From positions 66,836,001 through 66,900,000 of the forward strand of contig NC_043001.1 in assembly GCF_006345805.1 (NCBI RefSeq): a stretch of 64,000 bases of DNA, in the 5' to 3' direction. This DNA is from Octopus sinensis (lineage: Eukaryota). The stretch's first letter is position 1; each line of letters starts with the position of its first letter. Both the position numbers and the translations under genes were made by a program. Shown here piece after piece: positions 24,071 to 36,679 of this stretch. The notes below the pieces were generated by a model that did no database searches, was not told the origin of the DNA, and was given only the letters and a program-made list of their open reading frames with translations.

Positions 24071-27000
24071 GGTGTGTGTGTGAAAAATTATGATAAATAA
24101 GTTTATATCATTTGTTCCCTATGTACATTTCACCATTGTGGTCGTTTGGAACCCTTGCTTGGATGTTTCAACTACAATCATACAGGATCATCAAGGGAAT
24201 ACATTATTGTATTATGTAGGAGAGATCAAATGGACTATTGAAATTGGAAACAGACTGGATTACACGCAAAATATACCACACTCTCCCCTTCCCCATGCTA
24301 GGTTTTCCCCCTTTATTTTATTGCTGAGATGTGTTATATGCTGAAGAGATGCTATGGTTGCATAAGAAAGGATGGTGATTAGATGATGATGATAAAGTTA
24401 CTTGCAATGTCATATATTGTGAAACCAATAAATATCTGTCTGTCAGTCTCTCTCTCTCTCACACATGCATACACACACAGGTCCCTTTAACTCCAGTAAG
24501 GCAATTCTATTCTCCTTGCTTCCCTGCCCCTCTTTCTCATAATTTTACCTTATCCCCTCCTTTTTACCTCCTGTAACTTTCCATATGTTCAATGAATGAA
24601 TGAATTTCACTTTTCTACTTTAACAATACTTCCCCCCACTTCCTTTCCTCACTACCATCAGCTCCTCCCTCCCCTTTGGTGTCCCTCCCATCTCTCTTCC
24701 CCACTGCATGCACTTGTCTCTGCTCTGATTTCAGCTTGTTTTTTGTTTTTTTATGTCTGCCACCCCTTCAATTTTCTCTCTGCCTCAGTCACCTTATCTC
24801 CTACCTCCCCATCTTTCTCTCTGTCTCTCTACCACCGCCACCATCATGACCAGTAACATTGCTTGTGCTGTGGTATGGCTATGGTGATGGAGATAGTAAT
24901 GGTAGTGGGTCTGTATCTTGTCTAAATCTGAGAGTGTGAATGGTGCATGAAAAGGTAGGTAGCAAACCCTGTATAAGAGATGGGAGGAGAGGGCTAGTGA
25001 AAGTAGTTTAGGGGAACAGGCATGGTTGGGGAGTGTGTAGGCATGGCTTGAAGGAAACATTTATTTTTACCTCCTACTTTCTTTTTATATCTCCTCTTCC
25101 CTGCCTCTAACCCACCCCACTATACTGGCAACATCTGGTCTGCTTCAGAGATGGCTATCTCTTGACTTTATGTGATAACTGGGGAGGCTACCCTCTGGTC
25201 CCTAACACACCTGGTCCCAGGACATTGCGTTGGGTACAGTGAGATAAAGCAATATTTTGTTGTGTGATAAGGAGAGAGAGACATGTTTTTATTTTTTTGT
25301 GGTAAAAGTGCTTCTTCCAGGTTCCCTTATAATTTTCCAACAAGCAGCAGCAATATCATGCAAAACAACACAACAGCGCATATGTACATCGATATATGTA
25401 TGTATATATGTATGTGTGTGTGTATATATATATATATATGTATATGTATCATTAATATATACAACTTATAAACTTATAAGTTGTTTATTATTTTTCACCT
25501 TAAAAGGTATTTTTTAATCTGCTGGCCACTGATAAAATTTTTTGAAAATTTTATCCTATATTAGATGTCATTAATATATATTAATGACCAGCAGATAACA
25601 CAGCTCCCACTACTATTCACAATAAACACCAGCAATTCTAAGGCAACTCTCTGTAGCAGCATCTTCCATACTACCTTTGAAATAGGAACTATGATTCTTA
25701 AAACTTAGTCCCTCCCCCATAATAAAAAGGAAGTAATCTGCTGTTCCTCTGTCAAAATGCTAAACACATGAAGAAGATGCCTGACCCTCCAGACATCTAA
25801 CTATTATTGCTGCTCCTCAGTGTTTGAGGAGTAGCTGCTGAACTAATCGGAGGTTACTCCACATTACCCACAATAATCTATACCAACATTAGAAATAATC
25901 TCATTGTTAATCACAATATTCAAACTCAAGTTATTTTATTTCATGGATTCATCCAAGATTTTCAGCTCTTTATTCAGGTAAACTTCTTTACTGTTAATTC
26001 CAATTTTATTCTTGACTAGCCAGGCATTATGTAATGTCCAAGTATTAAGTTATTATGTATTATCTACCTCTATGTGACAAGCCTTTATATATTATTGTTT
26101 TTATTAATGACTAAGTTTCATAGAACAACCTCTGTATATCCAGTTTTTATATAATTTCTGAATCTCCTGCTCTCCTGTAATGTTTGTATGTTCATTCCTT
26201 ATATAGCATGTGTGCAACACTCACCCTTTATATAGCATCTTTATGTCTACTCTTTATGGAATTTCTATATGTCTAGCAATATTTGTTTGTCCATCCTTCA
26301 TGTTATGCACCCAAGCCATTCAAAATTCATATACCTCTATGTAGATAGATGCTTAATGTGGTTTACATAATTAGATATTCAACTTATATTTTATATTTCT
26401 CTCATATAAGTCCCCTTCCCCCATAGTTCATGTATTTCCTATGTCAACCCCTATACTTCCTGGATTCTCCACATTTATATCATACAAATTCTCTAATATT
26501 TAGCTGTTGTATATTTTATGTCTTCTGAATATCACATCTCATAACACATTCCATGTCTTTTATATTCAGCAATAAATCCATATGTACTGCTGTACGCTTA
26601 ATCCTCTGTATCTAGTTATTCCACACAATTTGTATATCTAGTTATGTTCACTATATCCCATTAATCCATGCCCTGTTATTAATTCATTTGTCATGTGTGT
26701 CCAGTTAGTCCATTTGTTTTCTATGTCCACTTAATCCATCTTGCTTGTATGTCCAGATATTCACTGTCCTGCATATTTAGTTTCCTTTTGTACATCTGTT
26801 TTGTTTACACATGCGCATACATGCACACACACACACACACACACACACGCTCAGCCCATTAATTGTTTTGGTAAATAGGAATGTTTCCTCATGCCTAAAG
26901 GTGTCATGCATTTAATGCTATCCAACTGTACACATTTTTGAGTCTGAAAGAATTTCAGCTTCACTGATGAAATAATTTGACTCCCACCCAATGACTGTGG

Positions 27001-28013
27001 TTGAGACTAACACCAACCACCCGGAACTTCAAGGTTATGAGAAGATAACCCTGTATACCAACATCTAATTATAATTGACTTTACACACTTTTAGCAAAGT
27101 TTTGCATTGAGAAGTTGTGTTGTATAAAAACAAAAGTAAAAGAAAAAATATACCCTTTAGATATTTTAATATCCACCCACTTGATACCAACTTTAATTCT
27201 GTATAGAAGTTTACTCTTTCTGAAGTGTTCATAATTATTTGTAAAATTATGTTCTAAACATTGATTTTCTCCCATTATTTTCAAAATTGATTAAAACATA
27301 TAATTAGTGTATTCCCTAATAAGTATGGTATCAAATAGACTTACTATTTCAGAAGCTATATATGTGACATATATAGTACTTTAGGATATACAAATATCAA
27401 AGTATATACAGATTTCTCGCCCAGTAGTTTTAACAGATCTCTGATATAGAAACAACTGATTATACTGAACATTTGATAGCTCTTGGACTGTAAGTTCTTA
27501 TTTATGTGCATATTGTTCTAAAAATTAGGTCCTTGGTAGAAAGGACTGGCATTAAAAGCTATGAAAATCCTTGGTCTAAGAGTCATTGCATAAAGCTAAA
27601 GTTTCTACAATCTCCTTTCTGGCTTAATACAACAGCTTAAAACTGGGAGAATCCCATCTATTCCATATCCTCACTCAAAATGTATGGGGCTATAGGATGG
27701 AAAATCATGACATTCAAATAGGTTTTAGACTACTGGAAGCAGACTTTCTATTTTTAAGGTGGAAATGTTGCCAATTTCACTGATTTCTCAGATGTGTAGG
27801 AACTCTTTGGTTGACTGTATTCTATATCTTTCTGAGCTTAATTGTTTAACGACATTTACTTATTTAGAAGTTTTGTTTGTTGATGAATAATTTGAGAATT
27901 ATGGCTTTGATGGTGTTGTTTTTGTTTGTGTATGTTTACTGTTTCATAAATATGTGCTGGGAGTGATTGTCTTTCATTGTAGTAAGAAATGAGGGTCTCC
28001 TTATTAAGCAGCT

Positions 28014-28130
28014 GGCCAATGACATGTAAATCTAACAGTCAAAATTCAAATTGTAGTAGTAATGTCTACACCAATCACATTGGCCTTGCCTTCTATAAAG
28101 AGACAGCAACACATTCTAACATTACTTCAT
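28014..28130 (+). promoter_or_regulatory. Candidate Pol II core promoter (3 CCAAT boxes + TATA)
   Basis: ggCCAATga (CCAAT at 28016-28020), aCCAATca (28071-28075), inverted ATTGGcc (28079-28083), TATAAAG (28094-28100) and a CA about 27 bp downstream. Not part of any repeat I recognise. Confidence 0.35.
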
Positions 28131-28636
28131 CTTGAAGCTGTGAATGTGAAGGTCTGGAAACATTGGTATATATTTAGAAACTTTACTCTCCCAAACATAC
28201 AAAAACGAACTCATGTGAAGATATGAAAAAATAAACAATGAAAAAAGATAAAATAAAGGCACTGTTGTGTTTTCCACAAGAAAAAGAGCTGTTGGTGTCC
28301 CCCCGCCATACACACACACACACTCACACATTAGATAGATAGACAGAAACACACACACACAGAGTAATTATGTGAGTGTATTTGTCTCTGTACATATAAT
28401 GATGATGACAATAGTGGTATGCATACACACACACATTTATTTAACTAGCAGTATATCTCAAAAGCTGGTTTTCTATCTCTCTGATGTAAACCCCCAAATT
28501 ATTTAACTGCTGTGCTACTCTGACTATATCTGTATTTCATAGAAATACTGACAGTTTATTTAGTTTGGTGAATAATCAGTTGAAATACACATTAATGGTT
28601 AAGCTTTTCATACAGCTCCATGTGTATGTGTGTCTT

Positions 28637-28792
28637 TTTTTGGAACCTTGGATCTTGAGGCACATCACATAAAGCTATAAATAATAGCAAGTAAATTGTG
28701 GGTTGAAATCCAAAAGCATTTTTCAACCCAATATTTACATGCTATTATTCATTGCTTTATTTGATGTGCCTCAAGATCCAAGGATCCAAAAA
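28637..28792. repeat. 156-bp imperfect palindrome (long hairpin or palindromic MITE)
   Basis: 72-bp ungapped arms 28637-28708 and 28721-28792, 65/72 complementary, 12-nt loop. Confidence 0.92.
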
Positions 28793-28814
28793 CAATTTTC
28801 ATGTTCTCAATTTT

Positions 28815-29960
28815 CATGTTCACAGACTGACCAAAATACTCTTATTGAATGTGACTAAATGAGGTTTATTTTTTCAAGATTGTCCCTCTTGCAGGCCACA
28901 TACTTTTGCTGTGCTTGGATCTCATGAGTGAAAAAACTTTCATTCTGTTGGTCAAAGAAATCAACAGCAGATATGGCATCATTATCACAGTGATATTGGT
29001 TCCCAGACAAGTGTTTTTTCATGTTGGAGAACAGGTGATAGTCAGATGGGGCCAAATCAGAACAGGGAGGGTAATCACCCAGTTCAAATCCACAGTCACA
29101 GTCTTGATAGCCCTTTGTGATTGTCTCAGCAAGATGGCATTGTAATTTCCCTTGATGTTGCGGCCCTTTTGAAAATAATCAATAAACACAATGCCTTTTG
29201 CATTCCAAAAAATTGAGGTCATTACCTTCCCTACTGATGAAACAATCTTTGCCTTCTTTGGAGCAGGTGAGGAGGGGTGTTTCCACTGCATAGATTATCT
29301 CTGGCTCAAAGTGATGAACCCAACACTCATCCTGGGTTAGGAAACATTGAAGCAAACCTGCTGGATCTGCCTAAAACAATGTCAGATTTTTCCGTGATGT
29401 GACAAGCCCAGAATGCTTTTGATCAGGTGTCAGATGTGGCAGACATGGCACCCACCAAACAGAAAGCGCCATCATGCCAAGTTCATTGTGTAGGATGTTC
29501 TTAACTCTCTCATGGGATTGGTTATTTGATTTATAGTCAATCACTTGTCATCCGTCACCATGTGGTGAACACAGTCAATGTTTTCCTTGATGATGGCAGT
29601 TGCAGGATGTCTAGATGTTTGGATCATTTTCAAAACTCTCCCTTCAGCTTCCCATTTTTGCACTGCTGATAAAACTGGAGCATCACCCCTTAATGTAGCA
29701 ACCATGTCAGCATGAAAGTCCTTGGGGGCTAAACCCTTTTTCTGCAGGTACTTGATAACATGATGATGCCAAATTTTATCCATTTTCAAGAGAAATCACT
29801 ACTAGTTACTTTTGAAGACTTCTTTGAATAGTGAAATGCCAGTTTACCTGGAAAGAAACAATGCAGATATTGATAAGAGTTGAAATTAATGCATACAAGA
29901 TTTCACAGTTCTAGCATCACTCCTTCATTGTCAGCCTAGGAACTTTTCAGCCCATCTTCA
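28815..29960 (-). mobile_element. Mariner-family DNA transposon relic
   Basis: Minus strand: MDKIWHHHVIKYLQKKGL..., WKHPSSPAPKK, KVMTSIFW, DLAPSDYHLF. 5' TIR tgaagatgggctgaaaagttcctaggctgac followed by TA at 29961-29962. The 3' TIR is truncated and the segment with the second catalytic Asp is deleted. Confidence 0.9.
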
Positions 29961-30244
29961 TATTGTCAAGATAAGTATTTGAAGTCTTATTCTATATTTC
30001 TTTGGTTTAGTTTTCATCTCTTCTTTGGTAGATATTCAATACTTGTTATGTTGGATGTTAGAGGTAATTAGCTCTATGTGTTAATAAACTTCCCTGACTG
30101 TCTTAACTACAAGGTAATTATAAATATATTGTCTGCATTATCATCTTTCACTTTTAGAGATAAAACTTTTATCTGTTTTTACATCAACACTGTATTTTAA
30201 TCGGTTTCATTGTCAGTCGTCATCAGGTGTCTTATCCCTGGTTC

Positions 30245-30420
30245 TGCAGAAGTGGCTGTGTGATATAAAGTTTGCTTCCTAACTATATGGCTTCAGGTTC
30301 AGTCCCATTATGTGACATCTTGAGCATGTGTCTTCTACTATATCCCCATGCCAATCAAAGCTTTGTAAGTAGGAACTGAAAGAAGCTCATCGTGTATGTG
30401 TGTGTGTATACATATATACA
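30245..30420 (+). mobile_element. Family B SINE, 3'-truncated
   Basis: gtggctgtgtgatataaagtttgcttcc head and core up to the (TG)n tract. Confidence 0.75.
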
Positions 30421-30524
30421 TACATACTCATGCTCACTGACTTAGTGATGTGTTTCTATTGTGAATCAGATCCCTACCTGGTGCACAGAGGGTACAGGAT
30501 TTAACATTTTTATTTAATATTTAC

Positions 30525-32306
30525 AGTGAAGAATTCCGGGTAGAGGTAGGGGTCCACCAAGGCTCAGTCCTCAGCCCCCTCCTATTTATCATAGTCCTCC
30601 AGGCAATAACAGAGGAATTCAAGACAGGATGCCCCTGGGAGCTCCTCTATGCTGATGACCTTGCTCTAATTGCTGAGTCATTATCAGAACTGGAGAAGAA
30701 GTTTCAGGTGTGGAAGCATGGTTTAGAATCGAAGGGCCTTAGAGTCAACCTAGCTAAAACCAAAGTCCTAATAAGTAGGAAGGTAGACAAATCACAAACG
30801 CCTTCAGGTAGATGGCCCTGCTCGATCTGTAGAAAAGGTGTAGGTAGAAACTCTATAAGATGCACCAAGTGTAAGCTATGGACACATAAGAGGTGCAGCA
30901 ATGTCATAGGAAGGCTAACTAGGAAGATGGTTTTTGTATGTGGCAGATGCTCGAGAGCATTAACCTCTGAAAATCTGCAGAAAACAACTTCCGTCACTTT
31001 CCAGGGGGGGAAAACTAGAAGTAGTTGATAGCTTCCGTTATCTTGGTGACCAAGTCAGTAGTGGGGGTGGGTGTGCTGAAAGTGTAACGGCTAGAGTAAG
31101 AAAAGCCTGGGCAAAGTTTAGGGAGCTCTTACCTCTGTTGGTGACTAAAGGCCTCTCGCTCAGAGTAAAAGGCAGACTGTATGATGCATGTGTACGAACA
31201 GCCATGCTACATGGCAGTGAAACATGGGCCGTGACTGCTGAGGACATGCGTAAGCTCGCGAGAAATGAAGCTAGTATGCTCCGTTGGATGTGTACTGTCA
31301 GTGTTCATAGTCGACAGAGTGTAAGTACCTTGAGAGAAAAGTTGAACCTAAGAGGAATCAGATGTTGTGTGCAAGAGAGACGATTGCGCTGGTATGGTCA
31401 TGTGGTGAGAATGGATGAAGATAGGTGTGTGAAAAAGTGCCACACCCTGGCAGTTGAGGGGACCTGTGGAAGAGGTAGACCCAGGAAAACCTGGGTCGAG
31501 GTGGTGAAGCACGACCTTCGAACTCTAGGTCTCACCAAGGAAATGACCAGAGACCGAGACCTATGGAAGTATGCTGTGCGTGAGAAGACCCGGAAAGACC
31601 AGTGAGAACAATCAAAATCAAATCATATATCAGAAAGCAGGGGTTAAGTGACCCATCCGTTCGTGTCCGCTGTCAGCCTCGTCTGGCACCCGTGCCGGTG
31701 ATACGTAAAAGCACCATTCGCTCGTGGCCGTTTGCCAGCTCTGCCTGGCCCCCGTGTCAGTGGCACATAAAAGCACCATCCGTTCGTGTTCGTTGCCAGC
31801 CTCGCCTGGCCCCGTGCCGGTGACACGTAAAAGCACCGTCCGTTTGTGGCCGTTTGCCAGCTCTGTCTGGCCCGTGTCGGTGGCACGTAAAAGCACCATC
31901 CGTTCGTGTCCGTTGCCAGCCTCGGCTGGCCCCCGTGCCGGTGACACGTAAAAGCACCGTCCGTTCGTGGCCGTTTGCCAGCTCTGTCTGGCCCCGTGTC
32001 GGTGGTACGTAAAAGCACCATCCGTTCGTGTCCGTTGCCAGCATCGCCTGGCCCCGTGCCGGTGACACGTAAAAGCACCATCCGTTCGTGGCCGTTCGCC
32101 AGCTCTGTCTGGCACCTGTGCAGGTGGCACGTAAAAAACACCCACTACACTCGCGGAGTGGTTGGCGTTAGTAAGGGCATCCAGCCGTAGAAACACTGCC
32201 AGATCTGACTTGGCCTGACGAAGCCTTCCAGCTTCACAGACCCCAGTTGACCTGTCCAACCCATGCTAGCATGGAAAGCGGACGCTAAATGATGATGATG
32301 ATGATG
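30525..32306 (+). mobile_element. Young 5'-truncated RTE-clade LINE (RT C-terminal half plus 3' UTR)
   Basis: GVHQGSVLSPLLF...PWELLYADDL, a CxxC-rich insert, YLG, ERRLRWYGHV, GRGRPRKTW, stop at 31603-31605. One frameshift in the G/A run near 31003-31017; (GAT)n tail. Confidence 0.96.
31653..32140 (+). repeat. Eight ~61-bp tandem units in the RTE 3' UTR, alternating A/B
   Basis: Units start ccatccgttcgtg or ccgtccgt. Odd units carry gtgccggtga(c/t)ac and cagc(c/a)tcg; even units carry ggtgg(c/t)ac and cagctctg. Confidence 0.95.
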
Positions 32307-33419
32307 TATATACTAGTTATTTTCTTTGTTTCTCTCTCTCTCTTTCAACATACACACACACACACACACATATATGCATATAATAGTTTAAATTAATTAA
32401 CCAGGTTAGTTAGGGCTGTATGTATTTGTGTCTGATCACCAATATTAAATTTATATATCTAGCTACTGGAAAGACACCTAATTACTACTACCACTAATAA
32501 GACTGGTACTTCTCATAAGACTAAAGAGAGAGAAACTCAGAATTCATTCCTCTGGTAGTTATAAAACGCCCCAGTAAACATTTAATCAGGAGTAACCTTT
32601 TCAAATTGAAAAAGGTTATGGAAGAACAAAAGGTAAGGGCTTAAATAGGATTCCTGTTTAATTTATCTGCCCTTTATCTTGTTTTGAACTTACACAATGA
32701 AAGGGCACAAAGATTCCTGTTGCTCAGAGCATATGGCAAATTATTCTTGGAGTGAGAGGAGAGATTTTGTTCTTATTTTTATCAACTCTTGAGAAACAGA
32801 GATCAAAGTTGACCTGTGATTTCTTGAAGTCTTAGAACATCAGAACTGAGGTCTATTAGGAGATTCTTAGTCTGGCACACTACTCTCAATCAGCAAAAAT
32901 ATAAAGTAACAGCCCATTTACTTTCATTTAAACATTCTCACTTTACGTATTTAAAAACTAATTCCTATTTTTTTCTCTGTTTTCTGATATTTGTTTTTAT
33001 AAAGCATCATTATTTACAATAGAATATATGTTAATATATGTTGGAACATTCAAGAAAAATCTATATGCTTGTCTATTAAAATTCAGTAGAATAGCTAGTT
33101 ACTGATGTAGTTAGACTGTGTAATCTCTCTACATATTTGGGAGTGTATGTTTGTCTAGAACTGATTTACTCAAAAATTGCAAACCAAACTTCTGCAAACA
33201 ACATATATTATGATTCATGTCATATTGAAGTCTTCTTTTCCCGTTTATTTGGATCTATGCCCTGACTGCCACTGCATGTATTTCAATTGAATTGAAAAAT
33301 ATTTGTCACCTTGTATAAATATTAGTAAATCTGTAATAAAAGTTAGACAATTTTAGCCATTACTTTTTCCAGTCCCTTCATACATCCAATTCAAAGTTCA
33401 AAACGTTTCCATATATATA

Positions 33420-33615
33420 TATATATATATATATAATATGTACACACACTCACACACAATGGGCTTCTTTCAGTTTCTATCTACCAAACCCAGTTAGAAT
33501 GCTTTGGTTGATGCAGGGCTATAGTAAAAGATACTTACCAATGATTCTAGACTGTGGGGCCAAACTCAAAATCATATGGTTGGGAAGTGGACTTGTTAAC
33601 CATACAGCTATGCTT
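33420..33615 (-). mobile_element. Family B SINE 5' half
   Basis: gggcttctttcagtttctatctacc... reverse complement of the family B head and core. Confidence 0.7.
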
Positions 33616-34092
33616 GAACTGTTCAAAGAATTGCACCTGTAAATATTTTAGATGTAGTATTCATTGGAAAACGTCTATTCTTTTATTTCCATTCCAAATT
33701 TAAACAATAATTCCTTTTGTGACTTTTTGTTGTCATTTCATATCAACAGCAACTAAATTCTGTTCCCTTAAAAAATTAACAAAACCTTCATCTCTTTGCC
33801 TCTACTAATTTCTGTCAATAACTTCAAATATTTTTTCTTTAAATATCAGTATTTAAAAATGAGTGTTAAGGAAACATGTTGTATGTTCATCTATTGAAAA
33901 TCAAATAAATATGCTATTTATCAAGATGGAAAAATTCAGAGTATTGTCTGTCATAATGTCTTCCTCTGAGAATTATTTGTCTATATTTTCACCAGAGATA
34001 GTAGTTCTTTCTCAAGATCATATATCTTTTTTATGCAGAATTATCTAGATTAGAGATCTGTTCTCTGAACCACACAGTGATCTTGCTAAAAC

Positions 34093-34495
34093 ACAGGTAT
34101 GGCTGTGTGATTCAGAAAGTTCACTTCCCAGCCACATGGTTTTGGGGTTCAGTGTCACAGCATGGTACTTTGGTCAAGCATTTTCTGCTATAGCCCCAGG
34201 TGGATCAAAACCAAGTGGATTTGCTAAATGGAAACTGGAAGATGCCTCTCAGGTCTATGTGTGTGTGTGTTCTTGTCTTGACATTACATAATAGTTACAA
34301 GTGAGTGCCACTCTCATACTAGCAGTGTCATTAATTTCTAGTTTTCTGTGGAAACATATCCAGACCAGGGGAAATATTACCTTACTTGAAAATAGGTATG
34401 GGTTGACAATAGGAAGGGCATCCAACCATAGAAAATCTGTCTCTACAAATTCCATCTGACTCATGCATGAAAAAGCGAACATTAAAACAATGATT
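34093..34495 (+). mobile_element. Family B-headed SINE with an RTE-like 3' tail
   Basis: Family B head and core, a different body, then aggaagggcatccaaccatagaaa...catgcatgaaaaagcgaacattaaaac, matching the RTE 3' end. Confidence 0.78.
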
Positions 34496-35479
34496 GTGTG
34501 TATGTGTGTGTGCATGCATGCATACACACTATCTAGAATTGAAATAATCAGTTTGAGACATAGTAAATTACTGTTATTGAAATTATCTACTCTCTGCTGT
34601 CACCATGACTGGGCTATATTGCATGTTTGTATTGCTTGCATCTGGAAATGTCAAATAATAAGTTCTAAGTTAATTCTAGTACTTAAAAAAAGAAGAAAAA
34701 AAAAACAGAGCTAAAAACTAGTTTCTTTAACTCTTGGATTTATCATTTACCAATTAAACATAATAATGATAGAATTTTTTCAGATAATATTTGGAGTATT
34801 TTTATGGCCATTTCCTGATGTTTATCAGTGTTAGCCATGGTTTGGTGGTTGGCTGATGTTATATCCATTTCTTCATGTTTTATAGCTGGATGAATTGATG
34901 GAAAAAATAGTTTCAGATTGAAAAAGCTTCTCTTCTGGATGAAAATCAGTCAGTTGTACCACTAGAAGTCTACAACCAGGTTAGCTGTATCATGTAATGA
35001 AATAGGTTATACTTAATGTCAATAATACTAGTGCTTGAAATGATTGAGACTTTCTAGTTAGTCAGTCAAAATAACTCAACTATTTAAGTGGTGGACAACT
35101 AATACGTACTAGTTACTTGTTATAGGTGACTATGTCTTGTAAAGAAGCTCACCAAACAAGGCAACTTTGAAATAGAAGCTCACAACTTGTTAGGTTTATT
35201 TATTGTAAAATAATATGGCAACAATCTATATTATCTTGAATGGAGTACTACAGGCATCCATCCTTTCTTACACTTCTGCACATCCTTGTTAGTCAACAAC
35301 CCTACTTTAACCACCAATCATACCTTAATCACAATTGTACATTAATCACCAACCATACACTGATCTGCAAGAAATTTGTCTCCTGACAGCCTAAATGCAT
35401 CCCTTCTTCATAATCCGTCTGCTATCAGCAACACTACAGTACATAACATACAACCAATGTAAGTTCAGACCTGACCATC

Positions 35480-35930
35480 AGGTTAAGAACTCCACTTTGC
35501 AATCACATGGATCTTCGTTAGGCCACCAGAACCCTCTGAATCACTGCAAATTCTATCTCAAAGTGTCTCCAAGTGATTTCATGTTCTCAACATAGCAAAA
35601 ACTTCTGAAGAAGGCCACAACCACTGGCTCTCCTCTTCAGAGCCAGAAAATATTTCAGCCCCTAGTAACTGTTAAAACCCTACAAAGATGAGGTGAAACC
35701 TGCAATAGAGTACTGCTACCTCTTTCGGGACAGTGTTGCTGCTGCACATACCTGCAGATATCCTATGTTGTATCCAGAACAAAGCCCCTCAACTGATTTC
35801 TCAAAGTCATTCATCAAAACACTCTAGCACCTGACCCACAGATGTGTTGTTTTCTCTCTCTGTTTCTTCTACTACTACTATAGATGTCTCTGCTCCCCAC
35901 ATCTGGCCTTATGCTACTTTCACTCAGGTA
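35480..35930 (+). mobile_element. Decayed CR1/L2/Jockey-group LINE RT C-terminus
   Basis: From 35678: PYKDEVKPAIEYCYLFRDS..., then IQNKA and SLCFFYYYY in shifted frames, matching the YKxxVRPxxEY...IQxKA...SLxxFYxYY pattern. Confidence 0.6.
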
Positions 35931-36679
35931 AGTTCCATGCTAAACATTATGTTCTGATTCCTGTAGTGTTCTACCTGTAAACAAATGAACAATTAAAGAT
36001 GGAGAGAGCAAAAGCAATCATGTGATCTGAAATAACTAATGGAGACCTAAATATCTAGGAGTCATTTAAAATTCCTTTTAAATTCTCTCCACTTTGTGTG
36101 GAACATCTAACGAAGGGAACATGTCCTACATCCATGAAACTTTAAATAATGTGGAACTAAGTCAAACTGTTATTAGATATTTATAACTCAAACCAAAGAT
36201 GTTGGATGTTAGTCTGTTTAGTTTGTTCACTCACTTGCATGTATGTGTATGTGTATAAATGGTCTCAATTTCTGTCTGCATAGTGTCTTGAGTGTCTTCT
36301 GCTTCAACCAAAAGCTTAGGTCAACCAAAAATCTTGTGAATAGAATTGGTAAATGGAAACTATGGAAACCAGATATATAAAGAGTTATCAATGAGGGATT
36401 AGTGATCTGAGCAAAATACTTCATAAGCACTCTGTTAATACAAATGCACCAGGCTAACAATTTTTTTTTTAGATTAGTAAAGAACTTCACACATGCTTAT
36501 TGCAGGCTCCAACGTTATAGTTCATCCATTTTTATGTTGTCAATCCATGGCTGCATTCCCAAACTGGTCTTTTACACAGAGTGATATACAAGACAAGATA
36601 TAAATAAAGGAATGTGTACAGATTGTTATCAAGACAAGGATACACACACACACACATGTATATTAACGTGCTATTACAA

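Noticed and set aside
31653-32140. Regular repeat array resembling CRISPR
   Set aside because: Units are contiguous with no unique spacers, lie in a LINE 3' UTR, and the DNA is eukaryotic with no cas genes.
31602-32259. Overlapping ORFs of 70-209 aa on both strands (likewise 6653-7615)
   Set aside because: By-products of the GC-rich stop-poor VNTR; the translations are periodic and have no protein signature.
34886-34980. Candidate host exon (ttttatag|ctg...aaccag|gttag)
   Set aside because: All three frames stop from the first acceptor; the 63-bp alternative has a poor pyrimidine tract, no recognisable homology and the wrong phase for 42391.
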